From: Dehalococcoidia bacterium
Lineage (GTDB): Bacteria; Chloroflexota; Dehalococcoidia; UBA2979
Length of the DNA: 64,000 nucleotides
NCBI GenBank assembly: GCA_965219085.1
Contig: OZ244720.1
Location: 1,504,001-1,568,000, forward strand
Direction of reading: 5' to 3'
The notes beneath the pieces are model-generated. The model did not search any database. It saw only the letters and a list, made by a program, of their open reading frames with translations, and was not told the DNA's origin. Positions 1 through 10,501 of this stretch are shown piece after piece; the stretch's first letter is position 1, and every line of letters begins with the position of its first letter. The position numbers were made by a program, and so were the translations under genes.

Positions 1-303
1 GTCACGGTCGAGGGGCTGCTCGGTGACGAGGTAGCGGGGTGTGGGTGCGGCGCCGGCGCCGCCGGAGATGGGCTGGATGAGCGCGACCTCGTCGCCGGGG
101 CCGATCTCGGTGGCCGCGTCGAGGCAGTACTCCTGGTTGATCGCGACGGCGAGGGTTGGCAGGTACGGCTCGAGCGCGGGGTGCGAGCGCTCGAGGTGGC
201 GATGCAGCTCGGCGACGGTGATGCACTCGCCCGCGACGTCCTCGCGGAGGTCGCCGCCCATGAGCTCGCGGAGCTGCGCGAAGAGCCGGATACGTACCTG
301 CAC
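1..303 (-). CDS. MoaD-MoaE fusion molybdopterin synthase (MoaX-like), 3' end runs off the window
   Basis: Not in ORF track; translated by hand: MQVRIRLFAQLRELMG...AVAINQEY...GDEVALIQPISGG-AGAAPTPRYLVTEQPLDRD, a MoaD fold with internal GG followed by a MoaE N-terminus (TEQPLD). Confidence 0.85.
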   Translation of the reverse strand, partial: MQVRIRLFAQLRELMGGDLREDVAGECITVAELHRHLERSHPALEPYLPTLAVAINQEYCLDAATEIGPGDEVALIQPISGGAGAAPTPRYLVTEQPLDRD

Positions 304-413
304 GTCGGAAGTCCCTCGCTTCGAGCGCGTCCGCCGGGGCGGTTCCGCCAACGCCAGTATACGCTCGGCTTGTCGCAGGCTCGGCCCGGGCGACGCGGGA
401 ATGGCGAGGCGCG

Positions 414-1145
414 ATGAGGCTGCGGAGCGCGGTACGCACGCTGGGTCCAGCGCTGCGGCAGGGACTCGGCGATGCGTTGCTTCCGCAGCGCTGCATCGCC
501 TGCGGCCGCTTCGGCGCGGCGTTGCATGAGGAGTGCCTCGCCGCCCTCCCGCACGCCACGCCGCCACGCTGCCCGCGCTGCTGGCTCCCCACGGCCGCCG
601 AGCCGCGCGCCTCGCGGCGTCGCGACGGCGCGTGCTCGCGATGCGCCGCCGACCCGCCGCCGTTCGAGGGGCTTCGCACCCCGTACCGGTTCGCCGGCCA
701 CGCCCGGCGCGCCGTGATCGAGGCGAAGTTCCGCGGCGTGAGCGCGCTCCTCGACCCATTGGGGCGGGCCGCGGCGCGCGTCGTGCCCGCCTCGTGGAGC
801 GTCGACGTGGTCACGGCCGTGCCGCTCCACGGTGCGCGCAGGCGCAAGCGCGGGTTCGACCAGGCGCTGCTGCTCGCTGGGGCCGTGGCCGACGAACTCG
901 GCGTCCCGCTGCGAGGCGGCCTGCTGCGCCGCCGCCGCGCGACGAGTGCGCAGACCGCGCTCGGCGTCGACCGCCGCCGCAGCAACATGGCCGGCGCGTT
1001 CGAGGTCCTCGATGTCCCACCGCCGTCGGTGCTGCTCGTTGACGACGTGGCGACGACGGGCGCGACGCTCGGCGCGGGGGCTCGGGCGCTGCTCGATGGG
1101 GGCGCGGAGCGGGTGTACGCGCTGGCCGTGGCGCGTGAGGACTAA
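414..1145 (+). CDS. ComF family protein (zinc finger + PRTase)
   Basis: N-terminal CxxC pairs, VPLH..R...RGFDQA, LLVDDVATTGATL. Confidence 0.9.
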   Translation: MRLRSAVRTLGPALRQGLGDALLPQRCIACGRFGAALHEECLAALPHATPPRCPRCWLPTAAEPRASRRRDGACSRCAADPPPFEGLRTPYRFAGHARRAVIEAKFRGVSALLDPLGRAAARVVPASWSVDVVTAVPLHGARRRKRGFDQALLLAGAVADELGVPLRGGLLRRRRATSAQTALGVDRRRSNMAGAFEVLDVPPPSVLLVDDVATTGATLGAGARALLDGGAERVYALAVARED

Positions 1146-1159
1146 CGTTCAGCAGCCCC

Positions 1160-1951
1160 CTACAGGCCGTTCGTGTCGCAGATGTCGGTGTCGACAAGGA
1201 TCGAGCCGGTGAGCTCCTCGACTGGTTGCTCGCTGATCCAGACCGCCGCCTTGCCCATGCTGTCGGCCGTCTCGAAGTCCAGGGTCGGATGCTGCGGGTC
1301 GTTCTCCGCGAAGATGTTCCCGGGCGTGCGCACCCGGCGCGTGAGCAGCAACAGGTTCACGGACACCCCGGTGTCCTGCAGCTGCCACGCCTGTGTCTGC
1401 GTGAAGTGCCAGACGAAGCCCTCGGCCGGGCCGAAGAAGCCGTCCGCCGATGTCTGCTTGGCGGTCTCGGGATACGGGCCGGGCCCCGGCATCGCGCCCC
1501 CGCCGCCCGACACGAAGATGATGTGTCCCCCGCCGCGCGCCACCATGTGCGGCAGGACCGCGCGAGCGGTGAGCACGGGGCCGCGGACGTTCACCTCGAG
1601 GCTGACGTTGATGTGCCGCAGTTGCGCCGTGCGCAGGTCGCCCGGCACGAAGATCGCGGCGTTGTGCACGAGGATGTCGACGCCGCCCCACTCCTCGGCG
1701 GTGCGCTGCACGGCGTGCTCGATGCTGTCGGGATCGCGGACGTTCATCACGACCGGCAGGGCGCTGCCGCCCTCGGCCGCGATCTCCCCGGCGACCGAGT
1801 AGATCGTGCCGGGCAGCCGCGGGTCCCGGACCACCTCGGTGCGCGCGCCGGCGGCGACCTTCGCGCCGGCGCGCGCGAGGTGCTTCGCGATGTCGGCGCC
1901 GATGCCGCGACTCGCGCCGGCGACGATCGCCACCTTGCCGTCGAGGGTCAT
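1160..1951 (-). CDS. SDR family oxidoreductase
   Basis: MTLDGKVAIVAGASRGIG, DILVHNAA; GGAGG SD before ATG at 1951. Confidence 0.85.
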   Translation of the reverse strand: MTLDGKVAIVAGASRGIGADIAKHLARAGAKVAAGARTEVVRDPRLPGTIYSVAGEIAAEGGSALPVVMNVRDPDSIEHAVQRTAEEWGGVDILVHNAAIFVPGDLRTAQLRHINVSLEVNVRGPVLTARAVLPHMVARGGGHIIFVSGGGGAMPGPGPYPETAKQTSADGFFGPAEGFVWHFTQTQAWQLQDTGVSVNLLLLTRRVRTPGNIFAENDPQHPTLDFETADSMGKAAVWISEQPVEELTGSILVDTDICDTNGL

Positions 1952-2271
1952 CGTGGTCCTCCAGCGTGTCGTCTCACGCGGCCGTCGTGCGTGCTCGTGG
2001 CGGCCGGTCGTCCCGTGCGCCGGTACCGGCAGGGTAGACCTCGATGGACACTGCGACAGTTGCCGGGCGCCTCGATCCGTGCATCGGGGGCGCGTACCGC
2101 CCGACGAAGACATCGCGAGACGGAGCGGGCGCCATCGCCGAGCCCGTGCTCCCGGCCGCGGTCATCGCCACGCTCGCGATCAGCCTGCGGCGTCTGCGGC
2201 GCCCCGGGGGCTGGTAAGTGCACCCGGCACGGACCTAGAATCGTTCGACTGGGCTACGGCGGGGGGCTCCA

Positions 2272-3231
2272 GTGATAGTGACCGTAACCCTCAATCCCGC
2301 GATCGATCAGACCATCGAAATCGACGCACTCATCGAGGGCGACACGAATCGTGTCGCCTCGAACCGCTGGGACGTGGGCGGCAAGGGCATCAACGTCGCC
2401 CGCGTGCTCAAGGAGCTCGGCTACGAACCGCTCGCCTGCGGGTTCGCGCCCGGCGACATGGGACGGATGATCGAGGACTCGCTGCTCGACGCCGGGATCG
2501 GCTGCGAGTTCATGTTCGTGCCGGGCGAGACCCGCACCAACATCACGATCCTCGACCGCACCAGCCACGTGCACACGGTCCTCGCCGCCGCCGGGCCGAG
2601 GGTGACCGACCACGCCATCACGCAGCTGCGGTCCCGCCTCGCGCGCAGGCTGCGGCCGCGCATCGAGAGCTGGCTCGTGCTCGCCGGCTCGATCCCGCCC
2701 GGCACCGACGCCGGGCTATACGTCGACCTGCTCGGCATCGCGGCCGACCGCCAGGCGAAGACGGCGCTGGACGCCGACGGCCAGATCGTCGCGCAGGTGC
2801 TCGCCGCCGGCGCCGCGCCGCACCTGCTCAAGCTCAACGACCACGAGGCCGGGCGACTGCTCGGCAGCACCATCGAGGGCGCCGACGCGGCGCTCGATGC
2901 GGCGCGCATGCTGCGTTCGTGGGGCGTCGAGCACGCGGTGATCACGCTCGGGAGCGAGGGCTGCGTGGCGTCGACCTCCGAGGGCGACTTCCGCGTCCCG
3001 GCGCCGTTCGTGGAGGTCAACTCGGCGGTCGGGGCGGGCGACGCGTTCCTCGCCGGCCTGCTGTTCTCGCTCGTGCGTGACCATGCGTGGTCCGAGGCAC
3101 TGGTGACCGCGACGGCGGCCGGAGCGGCGACGTGCCTGTCGCCGGGCACGGCGCTGTGCGGAGCCGCGGACACGCACCGCCTGGAGACACGCGTGCGCGT
3201 CGAGCGGGTGGGCCCTGTGGTCGCGGTCTGA
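2272..3231 (+). CDS. 1-phosphofructokinase family (PfkB) hexose kinase
   Basis: [37 protein letters not shown]. Confidence 0.9.
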   Translation: MIVTVTLNPAIDQTIEIDALIEGDTNRVASNRWDVGGKGINVARVLKELGYEPLACGFAPGDMGRMIEDSLLDAGIGCEFMFVPGETRTNITILDRTSHVHTVLAAAGPRVTDHAITQLRSRLARRLRPRIESWLVLAGSIPPGTDAGLYVDLLGIAADRQAKTALDADGQIVAQVLAAGAAPHLLKLNDHEAGRLLGSTIEGADAALDAARMLRSWGVEHAVITLGSEGCVASTSEGDFRVPAPFVEVNSAVGAGDAFLAGLLFSLVRDHAWSEALVTATAAGAATCLSPGTALCGAADTHRLETRVRVERVGPVVAV

Positions 3232-3322
3232 CTCCGCTCGTCCAGGCCTCGGCTCCCACGGACGCCGCGCGTATGCGTGCTACGGTGGAAGAGCAGACAC
3301 ACGGGTGTTGCGAGGGGCAAAT

Positions 3323-4591
3323 ATGAGCATGGTGGCGAACTTGAGCGGGGCGCTCGCGGACACGGATCCGGCGGTAGCGGCGTCGATTTCGCGCGAGGAG
3401 GATCGACAGCGGACGACGCTGGAGATGATCGCCTCGGAGAACTTCACCTCCCGCGCGGTGCTCGAGGCCGTCGGCAGCGTGCTCACCAACAAGTACGCCG
3501 AGGGCCTGCCCGGCCGCCGCTACTACGGCGGCTGCGACTTCGTCGACGAGGTCGAGACGCTCGCGATCGAGCGCGCCCAGGCACTCTTCGGCGCCGACCA
3601 CGCCAACGTGCAGCCGCACTCCGGCGCGCAGGCGAACATGGCCGTCTACTTCTCCGTGCTGAAGCCAGGCGACACCGTGATGGGCATGCGCCTCGACCAG
3701 GGTGGCCACCTCACCCACGGCAGCCACGTCAACTTCAGCGGCAAGCTCTTCGAGTTCGTCTCCTACGGCGTCGACCGCGAGAGCGAGACCATCGACTACG
3801 AGGAGATGGCGCGACTCGCCGAGGAGCACCGCCCCAAGCTCATCGTCACCGGCGCCACGGCATACCCGCGGCGGATCGACTTCCAGCGTGCCCGCGAGAT
3901 CGCCGACGGCATCGGCGCGATGCACATGGCGGACATGGCGCACATCGCCGGGCTCGTCGCGGCCGGCGTGCACCCCACGCCCGTGGGCCACGCGCAGCTC
4001 ATTACCAGTTCGACGCACAAGACGCTGCGCGGTCCGCGCGGCGGCCTCGTGCTGTCCGACGCGGACTACGCCCGCCGGGTCGACCGCGGCGTGTTCCCGG
4101 TGGCGCAGGGCGGGCCGCTCATGCACGTCATCGCCGGCAAGGCGGTGGCGCTGGGCGAGGCCTCGACCGAGGCGTTCCGCGCCTACTCGCGGCAGACGGT
4201 CGAGAACGCGCGCCTGCTCGGCGAGACGCTCGTCGACGCCGGGCTGCGCGTCGTCAGCGGCGGTACCGACAACCACCTGCTGCTCGTCGACGTGACGCCG
4301 AAGGGCCTCACCGGCCAGAGCGCCGAGGACGCGCTGGCCCGCGCGGGCATCGTCGTCAACAAGAACGCGATCCCCTACGACGAGCTGCCCCCGGCGACCG
4401 CATCGGGCATCCGCATCGGCACGCCCGCGCTCACCTCGCGCGGCCTCGAGTCGGACGAGCTGCGCCGGGTGGGCGAGCTGATCGCGCGCGTCCTCGACGC
4501 GCCCGAGGACGACGATATGGCCGCGGCCGCGCGCGCCGAGGTGCTGGAGCTGTGCGACGCGTTCCCGGCGCCGGGAGTGCCCGCGGCGTAG
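3323..4591 (+). CDS. glyA: Serine hydroxymethyltransferase
   Basis: [34 protein letters not shown]. Confidence 0.97.
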   Translation: MSMVANLSGALADTDPAVAASISREEDRQRTTLEMIASENFTSRAVLEAVGSVLTNKYAEGLPGRRYYGGCDFVDEVETLAIERAQALFGADHANVQPHSGAQANMAVYFSVLKPGDTVMGMRLDQGGHLTHGSHVNFSGKLFEFVSYGVDRESETIDYEEMARLAEEHRPKLIVTGATAYPRRIDFQRAREIADGIGAMHMADMAHIAGLVAAGVHPTPVGHAQLITSSTHKTLRGPRGGLVLSDADYARRVDRGVFPVAQGGPLMHVIAGKAVALGEASTEAFRAYSRQTVENARLLGETLVDAGLRVVSGGTDNHLLLVDVTPKGLTGQSAEDALARAGIVVNKNAIPYDELPPATASGIRIGTPALTSRGLESDELRRVGELIARVLDAPEDDDMAAAARAEVLELCDAFPAPGVPAA

Positions 4592-4632
4592 CTCACCCGG
4601 CGTTCGTTGTGCGATCCGAGTCGGAGGAACCT

Positions 4633-4905
4633 GTGACGGCTGCCCGCCGTCCCGCCGAAGAAGTGGCGCGCCTCGGCGATGCGATCTACGAGCGCGACAT
4701 CCGTTCGCGCGTCGAGGACACCCACGATGGAGCGTTCGTAGCCATCGATGTAGGAAGCGGCCGCTGGGCAATGGGCGACAGCGAACTGTCTGCCGCCGAC
4801 CGCCTTCGCGCGCAGCAGCCTGACGCGATCGATGTCTGGCTACTGCGGATTGGCTATCGGGTGGTTGCCAGTATTGGGGGCGGCGCCCCGCAGAGGAGCC
4901 GATGA
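4633..4905 (+). CDS. Small hypothetical protein (DUF5678-like), partner of the downstream retropepsin
   Basis: GGAGG SD then GTG; GDAIYERDIR...FVAIDVGSG...WLLRIG; ATGA overlap with next gene. Confidence 0.7.
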   Translation: MTAARRPAEEVARLGDAIYERDIRSRVEDTHDGAFVAIDVGSGRWAMGDSELSAADRLRAQQPDAIDVWLLRIGYRVVASIGGGAPQRSR

Positions 4906-5273
4906 TCGGGGGCGCTGTGAACGCCGCCCGACAGGCGGTGGTTGGCCTTCCGCTTCGCGGCCCCTCGGGCCGCGCTCTGGAAGTGGAGGCCGTGGTGGAC
5001 ACCGGGTTCGACCGCTTCCTCACCTTGCCCCTGGGGGTCGTGAGCGAACTGGCCCTGGCCTTCGCTGGTGTCAGTCGTGTGCTGCTGGCAGATGGCAGCG
5101 GAGCGGCCTTGGACAGCTACGCTGTCACGGTGCTGTGGGACGGCTGGCCCAGGCGCGTCGTCGCATACGTGTCGGACGCCACGCCGCTCGTGGGGATGTC
5201 CCTGCTCGTCGGTCACAGCGTGTGCGTCGATGTCGAGCACGACGGGCGAGTTGTTGTCGAAGCCCTGCGGTAG
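4902..5273 (+). CDS. Clan AA (retropepsin-like) aspartic protease
   Basis: AVVDTGF catalytic motif and C-terminal LVGMSLL. Confidence 0.85.
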   Translation: MIGGAVNAARQAVVGLPLRGPSGRALEVEAVVDTGFDRFLTLPLGVVSELALAFAGVSRVLLADGSGAALDSYAVTVLWDGWPRRVVAYVSDATPLVGMSLLVGHSVCVDVEHDGRVVVEALR

Positions 5274-5359
5274 CGATCGACTCGGGCGCACTCCGTGTCT
5301 CGCACGGTCGACAGGCCGGCGGGCCCACGCCTTCGGCCCGGCGCCACAACGGCGCGGGG

Positions 5360-5387
5360 TTGCCCGTCGATCGGGGCGACTTATACT
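5360..5387 (+). promoter_or_regulatory. Sigma70-type promoter of rpsF-ssb-rpsR
   Basis: TTGCCC-N16-TATACT. Confidence 0.6.
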
Positions 5388-5539
5388 TGCCTGCGCGAGC
5401 GGGGTGCGCCCGTCACTTCGGGTGCGTCCGGCCGCTGCGTTGCCGGCGGCCCCGCCACCAGGGCCGGAACGCCTCGCAAACGTATCGGAATCGGTCGGGC
5501 TGATGGCCCGTGGGCTGGACAGCCCGGCGAAGGAGACGC

Positions 5540-6181
5540 TTGAACGAGTACGAACTGCTGTACGTGATCAGCCCTCGGCTGTCGGCCGACGACGTTGACG
5601 GCATGGTCGAGCGGGTGGGCGCGCTGATCGAAGGCGCCGGCGGCTCGGTCTCGATGGTCGACAACTGGGGCCGGCGTCGCCTGGCCTACCCCATCCGCCA
5701 CCACTTCGAAGGCACCTACGTCCTCACCTACCTCAACATCCCGGGCGAGCGCGCCGCCGAGTTCGAGCGCGCCCTGAACATCAACGAGGACATCCTCCGC
5801 CACCTGCTCATCGCCGGCGTGCTCCCGGGCTACGGGGGTCCACCGGAACAGGAAGTCGACATGCGTCGCGCCACCGGTGGTCGTCCGTCGTTCGAGGACC
5901 GGCCGCCGGCCGACCCGACGGCCGCTGAGGCCCCGGCGGACGCGCCCGCAGAGGAGACCGAGGCGGCTCCGGCGGAGGCCCCTGCCGCGGAGGCCGAAGC
6001 GCCGGTCGCGGAGGCAGCGGCTGCGGATGCGTCGCCAGCAGAGGCCGAAGCGCCGGTCGCGGAGGCAGCGCCCGCAGCGCCAGCGGCGGAGGCCGCGTCC
6101 GAGGAGACCGAAGCGCCAGCCGCGGAGGCAGCGCCCGCGGAGACCGGGGCGCCTCCGGCGGCCGTCGCCGGTACCGAGTGA
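5540..6181 (+). CDS. rpsF: 30S ribosomal protein S6 with long acidic Ala/Glu/Pro tail
   Basis: AAGGAG SD + TTG; [26 protein letters not shown]. Confidence 0.95.
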   Translation: MNEYELLYVISPRLSADDVDGMVERVGALIEGAGGSVSMVDNWGRRRLAYPIRHHFEGTYVLTYLNIPGERAAEFERALNINEDILRHLLIAGVLPGYGGPPEQEVDMRRATGGRPSFEDRPPADPTAAEAPADAPAEETEAAPAEAPAAEAEAPVAEAAAADASPAEAEAPVAEAAPAAPAAEAASEETEAPAAEAAPAETGAPPAAVAGTE

Positions 6182-6275
6182 TTCGCCACTTGCCGGTCGC
6201 GCACGGCGGACGCGAGGGCGTTACAGTACGTCGAGAACGCAACCACTCCCCACTGCACCATGGGGGACGTGCGCC

Positions 6276-6695
6276 ATGCTGAACAAGGTGATGATCATCG
6301 GGAATCTGGGTGCGGACCCGGAGATGCGCTACACGGCCAACGGCAGCGCGGTGACCGAGTTCCGCGTCGCCTCCAACCGCCGCTACACCACGCGCGACGG
6401 CGAGGCCCGCGACGAGACGGAGTGGTTCCGCGTCGTGACCTGGAACCGCCTCGCCGAGATCTGCAGCCAGTACCTGTCCAAGGGACGCCAGGTCTACGTC
6501 GAGGGCCGCCTGCGCACCCGCTCCTGGGAGGGCCAGGACGGCGTCACGCGCTACACGACGGAAGTCATCGCCGAGGAGGTCAAGTTCCTCGGCGGCCGGG
6601 GCGACGCTGCGCCGTTCGGGCGCGAGGGCGCGCCGGCCATGGCGGTGGGCGCGGACGCCGAGGGCGACGTCGAACCCGACGACCTGCCGTTCTAG
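6276..6695 (+). CDS. ssb: Single-stranded DNA-binding protein
   Basis: [21 protein letters not shown]-terminal DDLPF. Confidence 0.97.
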   Translation: MLNKVMIIGNLGADPEMRYTANGSAVTEFRVASNRRYTTRDGEARDETEWFRVVTWNRLAEICSQYLSKGRQVYVEGRLRTRSWEGQDGVTRYTTEVIAEEVKFLGGRGDAAPFGREGAPAMAVGADAEGDVEPDDLPF

Positions 6696-6742
6696 GCTGA
6701 AGACAGAGCCGCCGGCGAGGGTCGGCGCGCAGGGAGGATTTC

Positions 6743-7150
6743 GTGACGAACGAACCGACGCCGGATACCGCGGCCGCGCCGCCCCGCGACGAGGGTGCGG
6801 CGCGCCCGTTCGACCGCGACGACCGTCCGCCGCGCGGCGACCGTGGTGATCGCCGCGACCGCGGCGACCGCGGACGCCGCTCGGGTGGTGGTGGCGGCGG
6901 CCGGCGCCGGCCGTGCGACTTCTGCCCGCCCGGCACGCGCGTGATCGACTACAAGGACGTTCCGCTGCTGCGCCGCTACCTGAACGACCGCGGCAAGATC
7001 GAGGGGCGTCGGCGCGTGGGCTGCACGGCGAAGTGCCAGCGGCTGCTGGCGCAGGCGGTGAAGCGCGCGCGCCACATGGGGCTGCTGCCGTACACCTCCG
7101 AGCACGTGCGTGTCTCGGGCGTGCCCGCCGGCCGGCCCTCGCGCCGCTAA
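6743..7150 (+). CDS. rpsR: 30S ribosomal protein S18 (Zn-binding type, RGD-rich N-terminal extension)
   Basis: CDFC..IDYKDV.LLRRYL.DRGKI...AVKRARHMGLLPY. Confidence 0.95.
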   Translation: MTNEPTPDTAAAPPRDEGAARPFDRDDRPPRGDRGDRRDRGDRGRRSGGGGGGRRRPCDFCPPGTRVIDYKDVPLLRRYLNDRGKIEGRRRVGCTAKCQRLLAQAVKRARHMGLLPYTSEHVRVSGVPAGRPSRR

Positions 7151-7210
7151 CGATTCCACCCGGCTCGCAGTCGTCGAGCGCAGCGGCAATCGACGGAGAA
7201 GGAGCCGGGC

Positions 7211-8191
7211 TTGACCGCCTATCGACCGCCGGGCACCTCGCGCCGTGAGCGCGAGGAGCGTGACCGGCGCAGAGAACGGCTTGTCATCGTTGGTGCGGTC
7301 GGCGTCCTTGCCGTCGCGATCCTCGTCGTCCTCGTCGGCCTCTACACCACGCAGTACCAGCCCCCACGCGCGCACGTCCTCAGTGTCGGCGACAGCGACT
7401 ACAGCGCGTCCGCCGTCGCCCGGCGGGCGCTCTACGAGATGCGCTACGGTGACGAGGGCCTCGCCAGCTTCGACACGGCTGTCAGCGAGACCCTCGAGCT
7501 CATCGAGAACACCGAAATCGTGCTCGCGCGCGCACCGGCCCTCGTGGGCGAGGTGTCCGCCGACGAGGTGCGCGCGGACCTGTACGTGCGGCTCGCCCTC
7601 GCGGAAGAGGCCACCGAGAGCGAATTCGCCGAAGCGCTGGCGGAGATGCTGCGAGACTCGCGTCTCTCGCGTGGGGAGCTCGAAGCGATCGTCACCGCGA
7701 ACATCCTCGTCGGGCGGCTGCGCGATGCGTTCGTCGACGCGTACGGCGAAGCGATGCCGCAGGTGCTGCTGTCCCGCATCCGCGTTGCCGACGAGACCGC
7801 GGCCGAGGACATCTTCGCTCAGGTCTCCCGGGGCTCGGACTTCGCGGCACTCGCGGACGAGCGCAACTCGGGGGGCGCGGGCGGCGTGGGTGGCGACATT
7901 GGCTGGTACCCCGTGGCCGCACTCTCGCCCGAGGCGCAGGCGGCGCTCGATGGACTCGAGCCGGGCGCGGTCAGCGCGATCGTGCGCGATGGCCTGTTCT
8001 ACGATGTGTACCTGGTGCGCGAGGGTGACGAGGCGCGCGCGATCGATGAGGATCAGCGCGACTCGCTGGGAGCCGCGCGGTTCCTCGAGTGGCTCGAAGC
8101 CGAGCGCGAGACGGTCGAGGTGGAGCTGGATCTGTCGCCGGGCGAGGAGCGTTGGATCCTCGACCGCCTGATCAGCGACCTCAGGAGCTAG
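7211..8191 (+). CDS. Membrane-anchored parvulin-type peptidylprolyl isomerase (PrsA/SurA-like)
   Basis: N-terminal TM helix; GSDFAALADERN...GGDIGW...LEPGAVSAIV. Confidence 0.75.
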   Translation: MTAYRPPGTSRREREERDRRRERLVIVGAVGVLAVAILVVLVGLYTTQYQPPRAHVLSVGDSDYSASAVARRALYEMRYGDEGLASFDTAVSETLELIENTEIVLARAPALVGEVSADEVRADLYVRLALAEEATESEFAEALAEMLRDSRLSRGELEAIVTANILVGRLRDAFVDAYGEAMPQVLLSRIRVADETAAEDIFAQVSRGSDFAALADERNSGGAGGVGGDIGWYPVAALSPEAQAALDGLEPGAVSAIVRDGLFYDVYLVREGDEARAIDEDQRDSLGAARFLEWLEAERETVEVELDLSPGEERWILDRLISDLRS

Positions 8192-8217
8192 CGCGTGGCG
8201 GTGTCTGGAGGCAGTCC

Positions 8218-9504
8218 GTGACTGACGCGATAGGCGTTTCGCTGCTGGGCGCGGGCAACGTGGGCGCGGGCGTGATCCGCGCACTCACCGCCGGCGCCGA
8301 CCGCTACGCCGCCGCGGTGGGGCGTCACCTGGAGCTCCGGCACGTGCTCGTGCGCGACACATCGAGGCTGCGCGAGGGCGTGGAGCCGCACCAGCTCACG
8401 ACGGACCTGGACACCGTGCTCGGCGACGACCAGACCTCGATCGTGGTGGAGCTGATGGGCAGCGAGGAGCCTGCGCGCTCGTACATCGCCGAGGCGCTGG
8501 GCTCCGGCCGGCACGTGGTCACCGCCAACAAGGAGGTGATCGCAAAGCACGGCGCGGCGCTGCGCGACCTCGCGGCGGAGGGCGGCGTCCGGCTGCTCTA
8601 CGAGGCTTCGGTGGGCGGCGGCATCCCGATTATCAGCCCGCTCTTCCGCGACCTCCTCGCCAACGACATCACGGCGGTGACCGCCATCATCAACGGCACG
8701 ACGAACTACATGCTGACCGCCATGGCGCAGGACGGCGCCAACTACGCCGATGCCCTGGCTGACGCGCAGCGCCTCGGCTACGCCGAGCCGGACCCGACCG
8801 CCGACGTCGAGGGCCACGACGCGGCCTTCAAGCTCGCGATCCTGTGTGGGCTCGCCTTCCACGTGGAGGTGGGGCCGGAGGAGGTGGTGCAGCGCGGGAT
8901 CACAGAGGTGACCGCGCGCGACATCCGCTACGCCTCGACGCTGGGGTACGCGATCAAGCTCATCGCCGAGGGGCGGCTCGTCGACGGCGAGTTGCTCGCG
9001 TCGGTGCAGCCCACGCTGATCGCCCGCGACGAGCCGCTCTCGAAGGTCGACGGCGTGCTCAATGCCGTGCAGGTCGAGGGTGACCTGGTCGGCCGCGTCG
9101 TGCTCGAGGGGCCCGGCGCCGGATCCGCGCCGACATCGAGCGCGGTGCTGGCGGACGTGCTCGACATCGCGCGTGATATCGTCGCCGAGCGCCGGCCGCC
9201 GCCGCCACAGGCGTACCGCTCGATGCGCGTGCGGTCGCCAGGGGAGCACCACGCGCGGCGTTACGTGCGGATGACCGTGGCCGACCGCCCGGGTGTGCTC
9301 GGCGAGATCGGCAGCGCGCTGGGCGCGCGCGGCGTGAGCATCGCCTCGGTGGTGCAGTTCGAGGTGGACGACGACGAGCGGACGGCTGAGATCGTGCTGA
9401 CGACGCACGCCGGGCCGGGCGCGGCGCTGGAGGCGGCGCTGGATGACATCGCCGCGTCCGAAGTGGTGATCGAGGTCGGCAACGTGCTGGCCATGGCGGG
9501 CTGA
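8218..9504 (+). CDS. hom: Homoserine dehydrogenase with C-terminal ACT domain
   Basis: LLGAGNVG, VVTANK, EASVGGGIPII, GYAEPDPTADVEG, DRPGVLG. Confidence 0.95.
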   Translation: MTDAIGVSLLGAGNVGAGVIRALTAGADRYAAAVGRHLELRHVLVRDTSRLREGVEPHQLTTDLDTVLGDDQTSIVVELMGSEEPARSYIAEALGSGRHVVTANKEVIAKHGAALRDLAAEGGVRLLYEASVGGGIPIISPLFRDLLANDITAVTAIINGTTNYMLTAMAQDGANYADALADAQRLGYAEPDPTADVEGHDAAFKLAILCGLAFHVEVGPEEVVQRGITEVTARDIRYASTLGYAIKLIAEGRLVDGELLASVQPTLIARDEPLSKVDGVLNAVQVEGDLVGRVVLEGPGAGSAPTSSAVLADVLDIARDIVAERRPPPPQAYRSMRVRSPGEHHARRYVRMTVADRPGVLGEIGSALGARGVSIASVVQFEVDDDERTAEIVLTTHAGPGAALEAALDDIAASEVVIEVGNVLAMAG

Positions 9505-9517
9505 GCGGAACGGCGCG

Positions 9518-10501
9518 ATGACCGGTGAACGCGTGACCATCGAGCCGACGGCGGACGCCCCCGACGCCTCGCCGCCGCCTGAAGGCGTGTCGGGCTGGGT
9601 GGAGCGCCAGGTCGCCGGGCTGCGCGCGGACGCCGACCGGCTGCGCCACGAGCTGGACGTGTCGCGTTCCTCGCTGCACGAGGAGCAGCGCACCGTCGCC
9701 GGCCTGCAGAACACGCTCACGTCCATCGAGGAGGGCGTCCGCCGTCACGAGACGGAGCAGCAGATGATGCGCTCCATGCAGCAGCGCATGCAGGCATCCC
9801 TCGAAGGCGTGGAGGCGGTCATCAGCAGACTGAGCGAGCGTATGCAGGCGCTGGAGCAGCGGAGTTGGTCGGCGGACTCGATGCACGGCGGCCGCGGATC
9901 GGGCGCGGGTGCGGACGATGAACCGGTGGTTTCGGGGCGGGTGGAGGAGATCGACAACCGCCTCCGATCCGTCGCGGAACTTGCGATGCAGGGCCGGCAG
10001 GCGAAAGAGCGCCTGGAGCTCGCGCTCCCCGAGATCGGCAACTCGATCAACCAGCTCGACGCAAAGGCGGAGACCCTGCGCACCGAGTTGCGGCGCACCG
10101 GCGACGAGCTCGCGCAGGAACGCGCGCGCCGCGACCGCGAGAACGAACTCCTGGAACTGATCGACCAGCAGCGCTCGACGCGCATCCGCTTGGAGGAGCG
10201 GCTCGCGCTCTACGGCGAGTACCTGGAGGAGGCGCGCGAGCGCCTGGGCGCCGCCGCCGAGGAGCGCGGCGCGCTTGCACGCCAGCTTGCACGCACAGAC
10301 GAGCGGCTGCTCATACTGAGCGAAGCGCTCGACATGCAGCGCGAGGCGGTGGTCGACCATTTCCAGCGGCTGCTCGAGGCCGAACGCGCCGCCAGCGACA
10401 AGCAGGTCGAAGGCATCGAGACACGCCTCCGCGAGGGCCAGCAGTTGCTGACCAGGCTGCGAGAGGCGGGCGACCAGAGGGCCCCGGAGGAACCGTTGTG
10501 A
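9518..10501 (+). CDS. Hypothetical long coiled-coil protein
   Basis: E/R/L/Q-rich heptad pattern, high-GC3 codons, GTGA overlap with thrC. Confidence 0.75.
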   Translation: MTGERVTIEPTADAPDASPPPEGVSGWVERQVAGLRADADRLRHELDVSRSSLHEEQRTVAGLQNTLTSIEEGVRRHETEQQMMRSMQQRMQASLEGVEAVISRLSERMQALEQRSWSADSMHGGRGSGAGADDEPVVSGRVEEIDNRLRSVAELAMQGRQAKERLELALPEIGNSINQLDAKAETLRTELRRTGDELAQERARRDRENELLELIDQQRSTRIRLEERLALYGEYLEEARERLGAAAEERGALARQLARTDERLLILSEALDMQREAVVDHFQRLLEAERAASDKQVEGIETRLREGQQLLTRLREAGDQRAPEEPL

